A stretch of DNA of 64,000 bases from the human T2T-CHM13v2.0 reference genome, Homo sapiens: NCBI RefSeq assembly GCF_009914755.1, contig NC_060930.1; one strand, 5' to 3'. Made by a program: the position numbers and the translations under genes. Position 1 is the first letter of the stretch. Each line of letters opens with the position of its first letter. A model generated the notes under the pieces. That model ran no database searches. It was not told the DNA's origin and saw only the letters and a list, made by a program, of their open reading frames with translations. This document shows, in pieces, positions 28,785 to 41,534 of this stretch.

Positions 28785-29487
28785 CCTGTCAGCCTGCTGC
28801 TTGCCTGAATGTGACTGACCACGGCCCCAGGTGGTGGAGCTGCCACCTTCCCTGTCTGCTTGCCCCCAGGACCACCACTTTCACCGACCACACTCAGAAT
28901 CAGTGAGCCCCTCTGCAGTGCCTGCCTTGTCTGGGCTGACCACCTTCAGTGCCAGAGCTGAGCCAGAGACTTGGCCATTTTCGGGAGTGCCATAAGGATT
29001 ATTTTGACACTTTTGTCCGGCATAATAGTTGCTTTTAGGTAAGATGATTTGTCAGCCTCCTCCTTCTGTCGTGCTGGAAGTGACTCTTCTCAAGTATTTT
29101 TGTCAGCCTCTGAGTAACAGTAAAGCCCACTCTAGCGTAGCAAGGATGAGCAGAGCCAGATTCTGGGTTGGCATGAAGGGTTTAAAGAGAGTGAGGTTGA
29201 GTGAGCTCCCCTGGCCCACAGAGCAAGGTTGACAAAGGAAGGAAAGGCCCTGTGGTGTGGCCCCAGTGAAGGGCACCAGCGCCGCCTCTGGATCTCTGTG
29301 TCCTCACCTCTGGGGTAAGGGCATGCTTCCCTCTGGGGTGGATGTGGCTGACAGCAGATGCCCTGTCATGGCTCTTGCCTCAGCTGTGCGTGTCCCCATC
29401 TTTCCTGTCCTGAGGCCAGACTCATAGGTAAAACCGGGTCTCAGGCATCTCTCCAGGAGGGTTGATGGGACACTGCAAGCTCCTTGG

Positions 29488-29716
29488 CCCCGCCAGGGCT
29501 GTCTTCCCCCAGCTTTCAGTGGGTAGTGACGGCCCCGTGACCATCACTGCATCGGGGGGGAGTTGACCCCGCCAGGGCTGTCCTCTCCCAGCTTTCAGTG
29601 GGTAGTGACGGCCCTGTGACCATCACTGCAGACCCCGCCAGGGCTGTCCTCTCCCAGCTTTCAGTGGGTAGTGACGGCCCCATGACCATCACTGCACTGG
29701 GGACGCTTGACCCTGC
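29488..29716. repeat. Minisatellite, 64-bp core x3
   Basis: Copies at 29488-29551, 29567-29630 and 29633-29696 of CCCCGCCAGGGCTGTC...GTGACGGCCCYRTGACCATCACTGCA. Confidence 0.95.
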
Positions 29717-29820
29717 AGTGGCTTTAGGGCTTCCAGCTTAAACACAGTCAAAAAGCGAAAGGTCTAGTCACCAGAAGACAACATTTGACAGTAGTAGAAA
29801 TCACAACCAAACATTGTGCT

Positions 29821-29870
29821 GTTGTACAATTGTTATTTGTCAATTACAAAATAATATTAAAAAATAAAAA
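29821..29870 (+). mobile_element. Extremely 5'-truncated L1MA-type insertion
   Basis: TACAATTGTTATTTGTCAATTA plus A-rich tail, flanked by CCAAACATTGTGCT / CCAAAACATTGTACT. Confidence 0.6.
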
Positions 29871-32779
29871 ACCCCAAAACATTGTACTAGCCATTAGAAA
29901 ATCATTCCTGACATCCATTACCTGCCAAAACAGAGTCATATCTGTCCTAAACATAGCATAACTTAGCTTCTAATTTTTTCTAAGGGAGAAAATAATAATG
30001 GGATTCTGTACAAAAAAAAATGTTAAATATGGACTGGGAACTAACTCACCTTTTTAATCTCAATCTCCAAGGTCATCTAATTGTAAATAGAATTTTCTAA
30101 ACTTTGGTAGAACACAGGACACATTGGTAATTTTCAATGTAATTAAAGTTTTCCTGATTTTTTTAAACTTAGAACTGTTTATTAATTTAAATGATCACTA
30201 ATATTTTATTTAAAATATCTTTAAAATGAGTCAAGGGTTTTGCACTTTTCTCCAGCACAACTCTAGTTTATTTATTTGCCAATCCTTTTCTGTTTAAACC
30301 ATTTGTAATTCTTTTTTGCTTAACTCATTCAACAGGCAGCATGAAGGATCACAAAACAAAAATTGTTCTAAATACTTATTTAAAATATCTTTTTCACTTA
30401 CAAACAATGTCTGTGAAATTCTTAATTAATACAAACAAGAATCTAACTAATAATGATTCAAACTCTCACTATTACGCTAGGTGATTTTTTTTTTACTGTG
30501 TTGAAATTGCATTATATAATTTAAGTTGGACAACCAAGACATTTCATTTTTGATGTTGATTACAACTTTCAAAATTCGCAATCTACTAACATAATTTATT
30601 TATATTGACTTAATGTAAGTAAATCAGTTGTGCCTTTGAAAATGCTACATTGTTCATAAATGAATACCAAGCTTATGCATAGCTATGTACAGGGAGGTGA
30701 AAAATATTCATCTTCTCTGATATTAACAGACAGTTAAATACAGTACTATCCTTCTCCTATATATCATCACTCAAATAGCTGTTTCCTATGGAGTCCTAGC
30801 CAAGCTAAGGGAAAAAGAAAATATATTGACCTCTAAGATACACGTCAGTTGAATCAGAACTGTGTAGTAGTAGAATGCTTGGCAAATACAATGATTTGTA
30901 GAATACATTGATACATATTGTGAAGTGGTTGAGAGACAGCCAGCAGTTGCCACAGCTGCCAAACTCCAGAAGAAGGCTGGTGTTGGTGCAGGGCAGAGCT
31001 TAGGGCGAAATGTGGTGGGCTGGGGACAACACGGAGGAGGGAGATTTTTCTATTCAGTGCCCAGTTGACTCCACCGCTGAGGGCCAGTATAGTGAAGTTA
31101 AAAACCAGTTTCACACACTGTGATGAAATTCTATAAACTCAGGATTATCCTGTCAAATCAAGATGACATGCGTCCCATTGTTTAAAAACATTCTAATGGA
31201 TGGAACTTAGCAAATACTGCTAAGAACAGAACCAGCCGGGCTATGCTGCAGCGTCTCAGACATGTTTCCACTCGCTGCTGCGATGTGTTTGTCAAAGAGT
31301 TTACTTAGAGAGCTGCAGAGCTATCAGAGAGGAGAAGAGAAGCGCTTCGCCCTCACTTGAAGAACAGTAACTGCAGTCAAGCAGAAGACACTTCAAACAA
31401 ACAAACAGACAGACAGACAGACAGATCTCCCCACTCATTCTACTGGTCTTGTGCTTACCTTTCATTTTTCTTGGCCTCTTGCTTCCCCTCTCTCTGATGG
31501 CATCTTAAAGGACTCAATGTTGAAATGGTAGCAGGCAGCAGCCCATCTGAAGGTAGCATTAGCATTTGAGAGGAAAGATCTTGAGGACTGAGTGTGCTTA
31601 GCCACTGTGCACCTCGAACCTGCATTGTTCCTCGGTTTTCCTATGGAGAAGGATCCCCCTGTGTGGGACTGGCATCCTCTGAGGACTGCAGGACTGTACC
31701 TGGGTGATGAGAAAGGAAGCCAAGGCCATAGCACTATAATTGCAGTGCTCTGCCTTAAAGTCCAGCCTCGAGCCTGCGGCTCGATTTTCCAGTAAGCTGA
31801 GAGCATGGAGAACACCAGAAAGCCATTTCGGTTTCTGCTTATTTCTTCTCTACAGATTTTGAGGGTTGAAAAAGCACATTCCAGAAAAGGCAGTGGAAAA
31901 TTCTAAAATAAAAGTGAGGCAGAATCAGAGTGAGGGGCATGTTGAGAATGCCCCTACCATCTTGAACGGAGCAAAAGATGGCTCATATGTTGACAGCTCC
32001 CAATCCCCCACTTCTGGAGCAGATTTTCCAGGGGGAAGGACATTACAGAGTCCAGATGCCTCTTCCATGATTCCAGCACCTCTAATGTTGTAAGGCCGTG
32101 TTATGAGCACCCTAAAGATGGCACTTCAGCACACAGTTCTCGAAATTCTGACCATTCTATCTTCTTTTAAATCCCTCTGTTTTTCCAAATCCTAAAGCCC
32201 TGTGACACACCAGCAGCCGGTAAGCGTCTTTCGAGAGAAGGAGCAGGCCAGCAGGGCCCCCACATCTTCTTTCCTCAGCTTCATCCCAGATGCCTGGTAC
32301 TGTCTCAAGACTGCAGGCACTGAAACGTGACCCCGGTGTCTCAGGCTGAAACAGCAAACTCCCAACCGAGTTTTAAATTCTCAACAATTTGTGGAAATTA
32401 TGAGATTTTTATGAGCATGTATTTTACAGGACTTCCTAGAATGCCTTTTTGAGAACCCTGGAAGGGGAGGAAGGAAATATCACCCTAGGGGAAGCAGAAT
32501 TAAATGTGTACTCTCTCCTGTCTCTCTTTTTCTCTCCTTCCTTCCAGCCCATTGAGAAATCTACAAGCCATCCATCGTCTGACCCCGTAAATTTGTCTTT
32601 CTGAGGTAATAAGATGACACAGCCTTTGCCAGGTCAGATGCTACTTTCATAAAAAGTGCTGAGTTGGTGACCCAATGCCGTGAATAAGGATATAATCAAA
32701 TTTCATATTTCTTCCTTGAGCTTCAGCAATGACGCCCACTTTTCATGGATTGTTACTCAGGGAGGACGCATAAATGCCT

Positions 32780-33815
32780 CTCAGAATCACCTAATTCAAT
32801 CTTCATAACAACAGTCTAGGTGAGATGGCTTTGTCCCGTTGCAGGCGAGTTCCAAGCACAGAGAACCAAATGGTTTCCACAGAGAACATGTGTAGAAGGG
32901 ATTGTAACCCACAACTGTCTGAACCCAAGCACTAAGCTTCAAACCAGACTCTGTGCTGCTTCTGCTTTATACACAGGCCCTGGCTGAAAACCCTTGACTT
33001 TACCAGGCATGCAAGGAGATGCTAAGTCCACTTTGGCTGCAGGTAAGAATTAAGTAGGACTAACCTGGGTGTTACTAATAAGGAGTTCAACCAGGGCCCA
33101 GCAATCAAGGAGGGCTTCGTGGAAGAGGTGGAACTTGGAGTGGCCTGGAAGAATCGCATAGAATCAGCAAAACCATGGAAACGACAATGAGCAGGGAACA
33201 CACACAGGTCCCACTGTGACAGAATGCACATGGGTGATGAGCAGACATGTCCTCAGATGGGTAGGCAGGACCCTGGAAAACAGGAAATGGAGTCTGTGTT
33301 TGACAGCAGAAGCAACGGCAACCACTGTCATCTCATTCATTCATTTAATAATTGTTTATTGAGGGTATCATGTCAGGTGCAGTTCTTAGTGATAGTGACC
33401 TAGCAGTGAGTAAGCCAGGCTGAGTCCCTGCCCTCAAAAACCTCAAGATCCAGTAGTGGGCCAGATGGACATTCATGATGTTTAATAGATCAAGTAGAGT
33501 TCCCCTTCATTGATATCTATTTCTAAAGATGTCTGTCTTCCCTTCTAACAGATCTCTAAACGACCACGGCCCGAAGTGTCAGTTTCAAATGCTTGTTTCA
33601 GCTCTGCCCTCCCCACATCAAATCCCACCTCTCTCACGCTAAAGCATCATAATATATTTGTGCTGAGAGTTGCCTTAGAAATCATTCAGTATTCAGTTCA
33701 CGGGGGAAGAAACAGAAAGCCCCTAGAGGTGACCTCATTAGCCTACAGTTGCCCTGAGAACTGGTGGCAGAAGCAGATTGGTGTCCAGCCTCCTGATGTA
33801 CATGCCAGTGCTCTT
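32780..33815. mobile_element. Cluster of MIR, L2 and MIR3 fragments
   Basis: TTCAATCTTCATAACAAC (MIR), GGAGGGCTTCGTGGAAGAGGTG and CATTCATTCATTTAATAATTGTTTATTGAG (L2), GAGTTGCCTTAGAAATCATTCAG (MIR3-like). Confidence 0.55.
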
Positions 33816-33884
33816 TCCCCCAAGCCATGTGTCTCCTGGTCACGCCCTTTGTCCTTGCTGTCCTCTACTATTCTCTTCTGGAAG

Positions 33885-34240
33885 ACTCACGATGAGAGAG
33901 CCGACTTCTCCAAGCTGCACTCCTAGCTCTCTGGGACCCAGCAGGGACCGCTGCCTTCCAGCCAGCAGTTTGAAGAAGGACAGCTACCATCAAACACAGA
34001 CTTACAGCCTCCCTGATGCCCTGGATGCCAGGAAATGTCTGGACCAGTCAAGATAAGAGCAAGGCAGAGCCAGGAAGAAATGGGGACAGGAGTTCCTATT
34101 TAAATATATAAAGAATCCTTTCCTAGGTAGAGAAAAGTCATCTAGCAATGTGACTGATCACCTCTCCGTTTATCTGTTTGATCAACTGGAATTTCTATAC
34201 AGAAGGTTTATACAAAGAAGCCACAAACAACCATTGTCAC
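33885..34240. promoter_or_regulatory. Candidate promoter/enhancer (TATA, GATA, ETS)
   Basis: CAGGAAAT 34029-34036, AGATAA 34051-34056, CAGGAAG 34071-34077, TATATAAA 34105-34112, TTATCT 34170-34175; minus-strand donors at 34006/34005 and 33891/33890. Confidence 0.35.
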
Positions 34241-37200
34241 AATGACCCCTACATAATTCCTTGTGTAAATGCTCTGGAAATGCACCCAGAAGTCTGGAGA
34301 AGGTCCAATCAAACTGGGTGGCAGGAAGAAGCAAGCTCTGTTCTCAGATCTTCAACAGAATCACCTGGACCCTGGGGTTGCCACCACGCTAAGCCAAGGA
34401 GGCCTCTGAATGCACGGGAGTGCAGGGTCTGAAGGGAGTTGTTAAAAGGTGTTTCTTGATCCAGGACCATGTAAAGACCCAGGAGAAATAGGTATCCCAA
34501 AGAGAACAGCGTATAAGATTCACAAACCAATGACAAACACGCTGGGTTCGCTGCTGGTCTCCACAGTTGGTTGGTTCTGTAGGGCTCAGCTGCCTCTTTC
34601 TCTCTACTTCTGGTTTCAGAAAACACGAGAGAGAAGCCGAGTGCTCATGGAGTTTCCTCAAAGACTCAGCAAAAACTAGGCTTTGTGTTCTGAGATCAGG
34701 AAGTAACAGTGAGAGTCCAAAATTTTCTTCCCTGACAATGTCTCCTACTCAAGCAGGGCCTGGAAGTCACCCCCTAGAATCAAAGCCTTGACATATGCAA
34801 GCTCATAGTTTATTGCTTCTTCTCCCATCTGCCCGTTGACAGATAAATCCCAGAGGGAATAAAAACACATTGCCCTCAGCAGATTATTCTTCACTGAAGA
34901 ATACCAGTCTTTTAACACTCCGCTACAGAAATAGCTTTCTGCCGGCTGATGGCTTGTTGCGCTGCACTAAGAGAGCCCGCACACCTCGAAGCTTCGTCAA
35001 GCAAAGCCTATGATTTCACAGACCCAGAAATGTTTTCTTTCTCTAAGCCAATAACATATGCTTGGGTTTATGCCAACTCTACCAGAGGCGCACAGATACA
35101 ATGAGGCATGAAGTTCAGAATAATAGAAAGTAGAGAGTTGGAAAGCACAGGAGAACCCATCTAGACCAACCTGTTTTGTTGAAAAAGGAGCTCCCTGACC
35201 CAGAGAGGTTAAGGGTTTGCTGTGAGACGGTGCCCCTGGTTAAAGGCAGCATGAGATGCTGTCCTCTGATCCCCAGCTTCCTAGGGCTCTTGCCTCTAGG
35301 TCACACTGCCTTGAGGCCAGGAGCTGATATTGATTGAACAGATGTGAAAACAGAAGAAAAAAAAATTGTGGTGACTGCCCTCTGACAATTTTCCACTTTC
35401 TTTGGACCAATTTTCTTTGCCATTATCTGGAAAAAAAAAAAATGTCCAGAAGAGCATTTTAAATTCAGGAAGTGGTTCTGGAACTAGGAGAAGACACACC
35501 TTGATGACAGTAATATTGTCTAAGTGAGAAGGAACAAGCTCTTGAATGTTTCTAGAAAAACCAAATATGATAGGAGACCATAAAATTATACTTCGTCATA
35601 TGGATTTCCAGTTTGAGAAAACTTAGTGGCTAAACAAAGGTGCCGCTTGAGAGATGCAGACAGAAATCAGCCTCTGCTTTAAGAACAAGTTGCTACGCTG
35701 AAGAATGAGAAGAGGAATGGGGCCCAGAGGCTGAAGGTCTGGACCAATCTCCCTTCCCAGATAAGCGCCTGGACCCTCGTTCCTCAGAAGCCACGTGTAA
35801 TTACCAGCTCTTTTTGGCTACAGAGCACATGCCCAGGAGGCTTGGAGAAGCAGGAATTTAAAACATGCTAGTTTCAGAGCCAAGATTGGTGACAACACCA
35901 TCAGTTACTGTTTGGGCTTCGGGAAGCCGTGGGCTGCAGCACTGGGTCTGGTGTCCTGGGCTGTGTGGGACCTCAGCAAGGTTGTTTCCTGAAATGAAAG
36001 CTCCTCTTCTGGGGGATGACACACCAGGACCACCTGCAGATGATGTTTATGAATCCCCCAGCAGGGGTGGATTGATCTTACAATGGGACTGTGTAATATA
36101 AACATTTCATTATTCTACAAAAGAATACACACAATACCACCTAAGGGTCTCTAAGAATAGGGTTGGAGAGTGACAATGAGAAAATGCCACTCAAAAAGAA
36201 ATAGAGCCGCATTCCTTCTACACAACATTAATATTAACTTTACATACAGGGGAAAAAAATGGCATTTTACCTTAAGAGTTATTTGTAAACTCTCTCCACA
36301 CCATGAGATAAAATCAGTGCAGAGCTCAGAGCTCTGAATTTCCTCATTTGGGGGCTAATAGACTTTAATGGGGGCTCTTCTTGGCATGCAAATGAACGTG
36401 TGTGTCTCTGAGTGCATGTGTCTGTGTGTGTACACACGTCCCTTTGAAGTTTATTTACTTGGTAGCACTAATTGTAAAAGGGCACACCCAGGGGAATTTA
36501 ATGAGGCGACATGCTAGAATATAGACATTAGAAAGGGAATTAATATTTTCCTCATAATAGCAAGTAGGTGAAGTCAAGTATGAGGACAGAAGGAAAGAAA
36601 AAGGAAGGCAGGGAAAGAGGGAAGGAGAGGAGAGGAACAGGTTTTGATGATCGTAGATAAGAACCAATAAACACTGTTGCTTCACACTCCCGAGCATAAC
36701 TTGGCAGAATTTATTTATTGGGAATCAATTGCTTTTAACCTAATACAATCTATTCAGTGCTTATTAGACCTAAAAAAAAAATCGTTTGCTAGAGATGCAA
36801 TTTGAAAACAACACTGACTTCTAAACCAAATGGATGTTTTCTAAACCAAATGAGGTTTATGTTAATTGAGAGCTGAGTATATTCTAGAAACAGCAGGAAA
36901 GCAGACGACAAGCCCTTTGGTTTTGTCTGGACACCTTCCGGAGAGGTGCCTCTAGCAGGTGGGGGTGTGGATTCCAGTGAACTGAAATTACTGTATATTT
37001 GGGTATAAACAAACTCCATGTGGCATTGGGACTTATGACCACTGGGACTGCCTGTGGGAACATGCACAAGCTCAGATACTACAACCTGCGTTCCTGAGGT
37101 AGCCATAACATAACTACTTTAGGTGATTACACATCTACAAATGAAAATAAACTGTGAACAAGGCCTCATTCACACTGCATCAAAGCCTCCAGAACGTCCT

Positions 37201-38590
37201 TCAGAACAGAAACAGCAAGGCGAGGAAAGCCTCCAACATTGGGAAATCTCTCTACACAGACCTGTCCTTGCCTGCATCTTCTGCCAATGACCTCACACCT
37301 AGATCGTGATGGTCTTAGCCCTAGTCCATTAGCAGAAGGGAAGGATGGCTGGCAAAGAATGCTGCACAGAGAGGAGTTCCGTGTGAAATCATTGGCTCCA
37401 GGGGCTCAATCCCTGGTTGCCTGACCTTGAATTGTTCTCTTAACCTCTCTGACCTTCCATATTTTCATCTCTTAATAGTAATAGTTGCCCAGCCCATGCC
37501 AGCAAAGAAGGCATGAGGCAAACAAGGTAATTGTGTAGGCATGCTTTCTGAAATGCAAAATCCTGCAATACATTGTCATCGTAGTCTTTGGTTCTTTGAA
37601 GTCATCGTTATCTTTGGAAAAGGGAAAATTGAGACCTGTGGTTCATCAATTCAAACCTAGGGTTTCATGCACTCCTTGACATTCTGTTCCACTCAAGGTG
37701 GAAGATGAATTCTCACTCTGATGAAGAACTAAGCCATGGGGTCTTTGCCTGCAGAGAGAAGCTACCAGTGCCACAGACACAGGCCTCCACGGCGGTTCTC
37801 CCTGCAAAAGGCCACCGTTTGTGTCATCTTGATCATGGCCAGGGCAACATCTTCTTTGGCAAATAGTCTAGGAAGTGAGCCACGGGATTCATTCTGCATT
37901 CAAGTCACTGAAATTCCAGCTGAAATAAATGTTCAGCTGGAACATTTTTTTTGGAACATTTTTGTGGAAGAAAACAGTATCCCTCGTTTCTTATGTATCT
38001 GTTTAGTAAGAGTTTAAATAGCTGCTGACTCATACCAATTAATCACACTTGAAAAAAAAACCTAATCATTTTAACAAACAAAACTCAGACCTGTATTTAA
38101 TTGCCATAAAATGGAATGAAACTAAACCAGGTGGATTTAAACAAATGTATGCCTAGAGCACCTATAACGGCCAGGACCCTCTGCTAAGTGGTTCTAAGAA
38201 CACAGACGTGAAGAAGATACAGTCCCTAAAACACAATGCCAAAAATTTGGATTTGGATGAAAGCAACCAGCATAAGATTCAAACTCTTAGTTTGCCTAAA
38301 ATCCTAATGTCTTTGAGCCGACAGATATCCTGAGGTTCTTTTCTAAGTCATTTGTTGGCAGATCTCTTCTGTAGTAATCGTACTTAGACCATCGTGCTTC
38401 CATGGGCCTCTGTGATCGGACTTAGGTAATCTTACGTTTCTTAGGAACTTGTTCACCTTTGAAATCACTTGAAACAGGAAATTCTCTGCTGTAGCTGCAC
38501 CAGATGCCCAAGGTTCAGATTAAGCTAATTTCCCTTCTCAACCCTAAGGGGATGTTTTGAAGCTCACCATTCATACCTTCGGAAGATGAT

Positions 38591-38950
38591 TTTCCTAGTC
38601 TGTTTGGGCTGTTGTTTATAAGCATTTGTGGCTTATAAACAACAGAAATGTATTGTTCACTGTCCTGCAACTCTAGAGCCTGGGAAGTCCAAGATCAAGG
38701 TATCTGCAGATATGGTGGCTGGTGAGGTTCCCTGCTTCATAGATGGCAGCTTCTAGTGGCGTCCTCGTGTGGCAGGAGGGGCCAGGGGTCTCTCTAGGGC
38801 TCTTTTATGAGGGCACTAATCCCATCCATGAGGGCTCCACCCCTATGACCTCCTCACCTCCTGAAGGTCCCATCTCCTAATACCATCGCCCTGGAAGTGA
38901 GAATTTCAACTTATGAATTTTGAAGAGACACAAACATTCAGACAGTAGCA
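38591..38950 (-). mobile_element. MLT1A-type MaLR solo LTR
   Basis: GGGAAGTCCAAGATCAAGG, GGGCACTAATCCCATCCATGAGGGCTCCACCC, ACAAACATTCAGACAGTAGCA; 5-bp TSD ATGAT / ATGAC. Confidence 0.9.
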
Positions 38951-38979
38951 ATGACTGAATAATTACCCGCCACGTTTCC

Positions 38980-39250
38980 TCATTCATTCATTTATTCATC
39001 AAAATTGCTCTCAGTGCTGCTTCTCTGCACCAGGGGCTGTGGCCCAGAGGCTCTGGGCACATGAGAGTAGGGGAGACCTGATCCTTCCCCTTCAGAAGTC
39101 AGTAATGATAGCAAAGGAAAGTAAACACGCAGATACCTGCAGAGGGGGCAGCATTGGAGAAGAGGGAGCCACCGCCCATCCCCTAGGCTGCTGGGGGATG
39201 GGGATGGATGACAAGGAAGGCTTCTCATTTTAGAGGAGCCCAGAAGAATA
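38980..39250 (-). mobile_element. L2 3' fragment
   Basis: CATTCATTCATTTATTCATCAAAATTG tail and GGAAGGCTTCTC motif. Confidence 0.55.
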
Positions 39251-41211
39251 AGCATCCTGTGCTCGTTCCTGCATCCTTTCTGATTGGCCTGTTCTTCACC
39301 CCGAATCTCAATTTCCTCCTCCCATTCTCCACTTGATGCAAGGTTCAGTGTGCTGAACCTTGCTGACTCTGCCACACTCGCCTGCTAACCATCCTGTAGA
39401 CACCTGCATCCTCTGCTCCCAGTATGTCCCATGGGCCAGCACAGGCCCCATCTCATCTTCCTCAGCAGGATTTCCAGCCATGTTGCCAGTTGTGGGAAAC
39501 CCTAATGAATTGGGAGGTGGGTTGGAGGTGAGGGCTCCCTCCTTCTCACCTGGTGGCTGGATCAGGATGAAGGGCATTTACCGGAGCACAATGCTGGCAG
39601 TCCCTTGGTGTTTCATTGTGGGGTGGCATCTCGTGCACAGCTTGCCCTCCTCCCCATTCCTCACATTGCCGTCTCCTGCTTCAATCCAGCAGGCTGCTTA
39701 GATGGGTCCTGGCAGCTCAGGGAGATATTTGCTCTGCTCCTCCTTTCCTTTGGGGTGGTTTTCTTCAACTCGCCTCTCCTGTTGAAGTTCTAGGGCCTGG
39801 GGCCTGAGACTCTTGTGGGGCCAAGGCAGTCCACAGCCTGTTTGTGTTCCCCACCTTCGAGCCTCCCTCTCTAGAGAAAGAGGCCAATGGCACTGTGTGG
39901 TCCAGTCTACCTACCTGGAGATGACCGTGTTCCATGTGTGAACTGACACGGCGCTTTGGTCGGCATCTTTGCCTCAGGAAACTGGGAGGATGCCACGTGG
40001 CTGGTGAACACCCTGGAGATCAGGCGTCTGGATCTGGCTGAGCAACACAGCTGTGGCACAGCAGAGCTGTCAGGGTCTCCGCCTCCTCTGCACCCAACAC
40101 CTTCAACATCTATCCCCAAATCTCACTGTGTTCCTTCCTGCTTTGGGGTGTGATTTTGTGATTTTGATAGACCATCAGCTCCCCGAGGACAGGAATCATG
40201 TCACCTAGAGATTTGTGACCTTCATCACACTCAGCTCAGCATAGAGCCTTGGGAGGTGCTCTGGGAAAGCATTTGCTGGTGGGCTGGCCATCCTCACCAG
40301 CCTGGTGGGGACCCGAAGGCCACACCTGACCTGACACCCACTGCTCTATGCTTCTGTGACACATGCCAATTTGTGCAATCTCATCTCGTGACCAAGCGCA
40401 GCTCAAATACATGCACCAAAGCAGGGACTTGCACACTTGTTTTACTATGATCCACGGTGAGAAATACGTTGACATGACCTCCCATCACTCACATATGTAA
40501 CGGAAACAAGGGCATCGTAGATGAACCTTATGCTATGGGATGTGCATTTTCTGTTTTTTTGTTTTGTGTTCTAGTCTACTCTGATCTTTCTGTTCTAATC
40601 TGTCTAGTCCGTCTTTCCTATTTTATTTCTTAAATGCCAGCAGTGTATTCGCTAAATTGATGCCACAACCCACCAATGATTGCAAAACTTTGTTCTGCAA
40701 AGTTTCCTGACATCTTGGAGCTCTGTGGGGGAAATCCTGGGTTGCAAAAACAAATAAGGGTGCAGTCCTAGCCCCCAGGAAGCTCACTTGGGAGTCAGGT
40801 GGGGGTGGGGAAGCAATCACATTAAAAATCATAACATATTTTCTCATTAGCATTTTCAAAATTAATACGCATTATGCAAGCAATGTGTCTTTTATTCCTA
40901 GAAAAGCTGTTACTAAATCAATGGTGTGTGTTACCATGAACAGTATCTCAGAAATGAGGACACGCAGTGTGGTGCCGTGCTCTAAGGATGGCAGTCTTCA
41001 TCTAACTAGCTTGCCTAGGGCTCCCACTCTGAATGCCCCAGGTGGGCCACTCAGCTCATCTCAGGACAAGTCACCTGTGCCTCCCAGATGGCTAGAGGGT
41101 GACTCCCTCTACCAATCACCATTTACAGGAATCTTCAAGGAGAACTTCAATTTGGACTCCTGCCAAGTGAGCACTACCAAAGACCTTGATGCCAATATTA
41201 CTCCACCAGGC

Positions 41212-41534
41212 CAAGGTGAACAAACTTTTACTGGAAAGGTCCAGACAACAAATACTTAGACTCTGCAGGTCATATGGTCTGAATCACAAATGCTGAATTC
41301 TGTTCTTGGGGCACGAATACACAAAGAACGAGTGTGGCTGTGTTCCCATAAAACTTCATCTGTGGACATTGAAACTGGAATTTCATATCATTTTCACATG
41401 TCATAAAATATTTATTCTTCTTTTGATTTTCTTTTCAATATTTAAGAATGTAAAAACCATGCTTAGCTCACAGGCCATACAAAAACAGGCTGGAGCTGGA
41501 TTTGGCTTCAGGAACCGTAGCCTACTTAGCTCTG
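41212..41534. mobile_element. MER58B-like hAT-Charlie element
   Basis: GAGTGTGGCTGTGTTCCCATAAAACTT...ATTTCATATCATTTTCACATGTCA...GCCATACAAAAACAGG...GGATTTGGC. Confidence 0.85.

Noticed and set aside
29488-29716. CRISPR-like look (hairpin-containing direct repeats)
   Set aside because: Primate DNA, 64-bp repeats, 15- and 2-nt spacers, no cas genes; it is a minisatellite.
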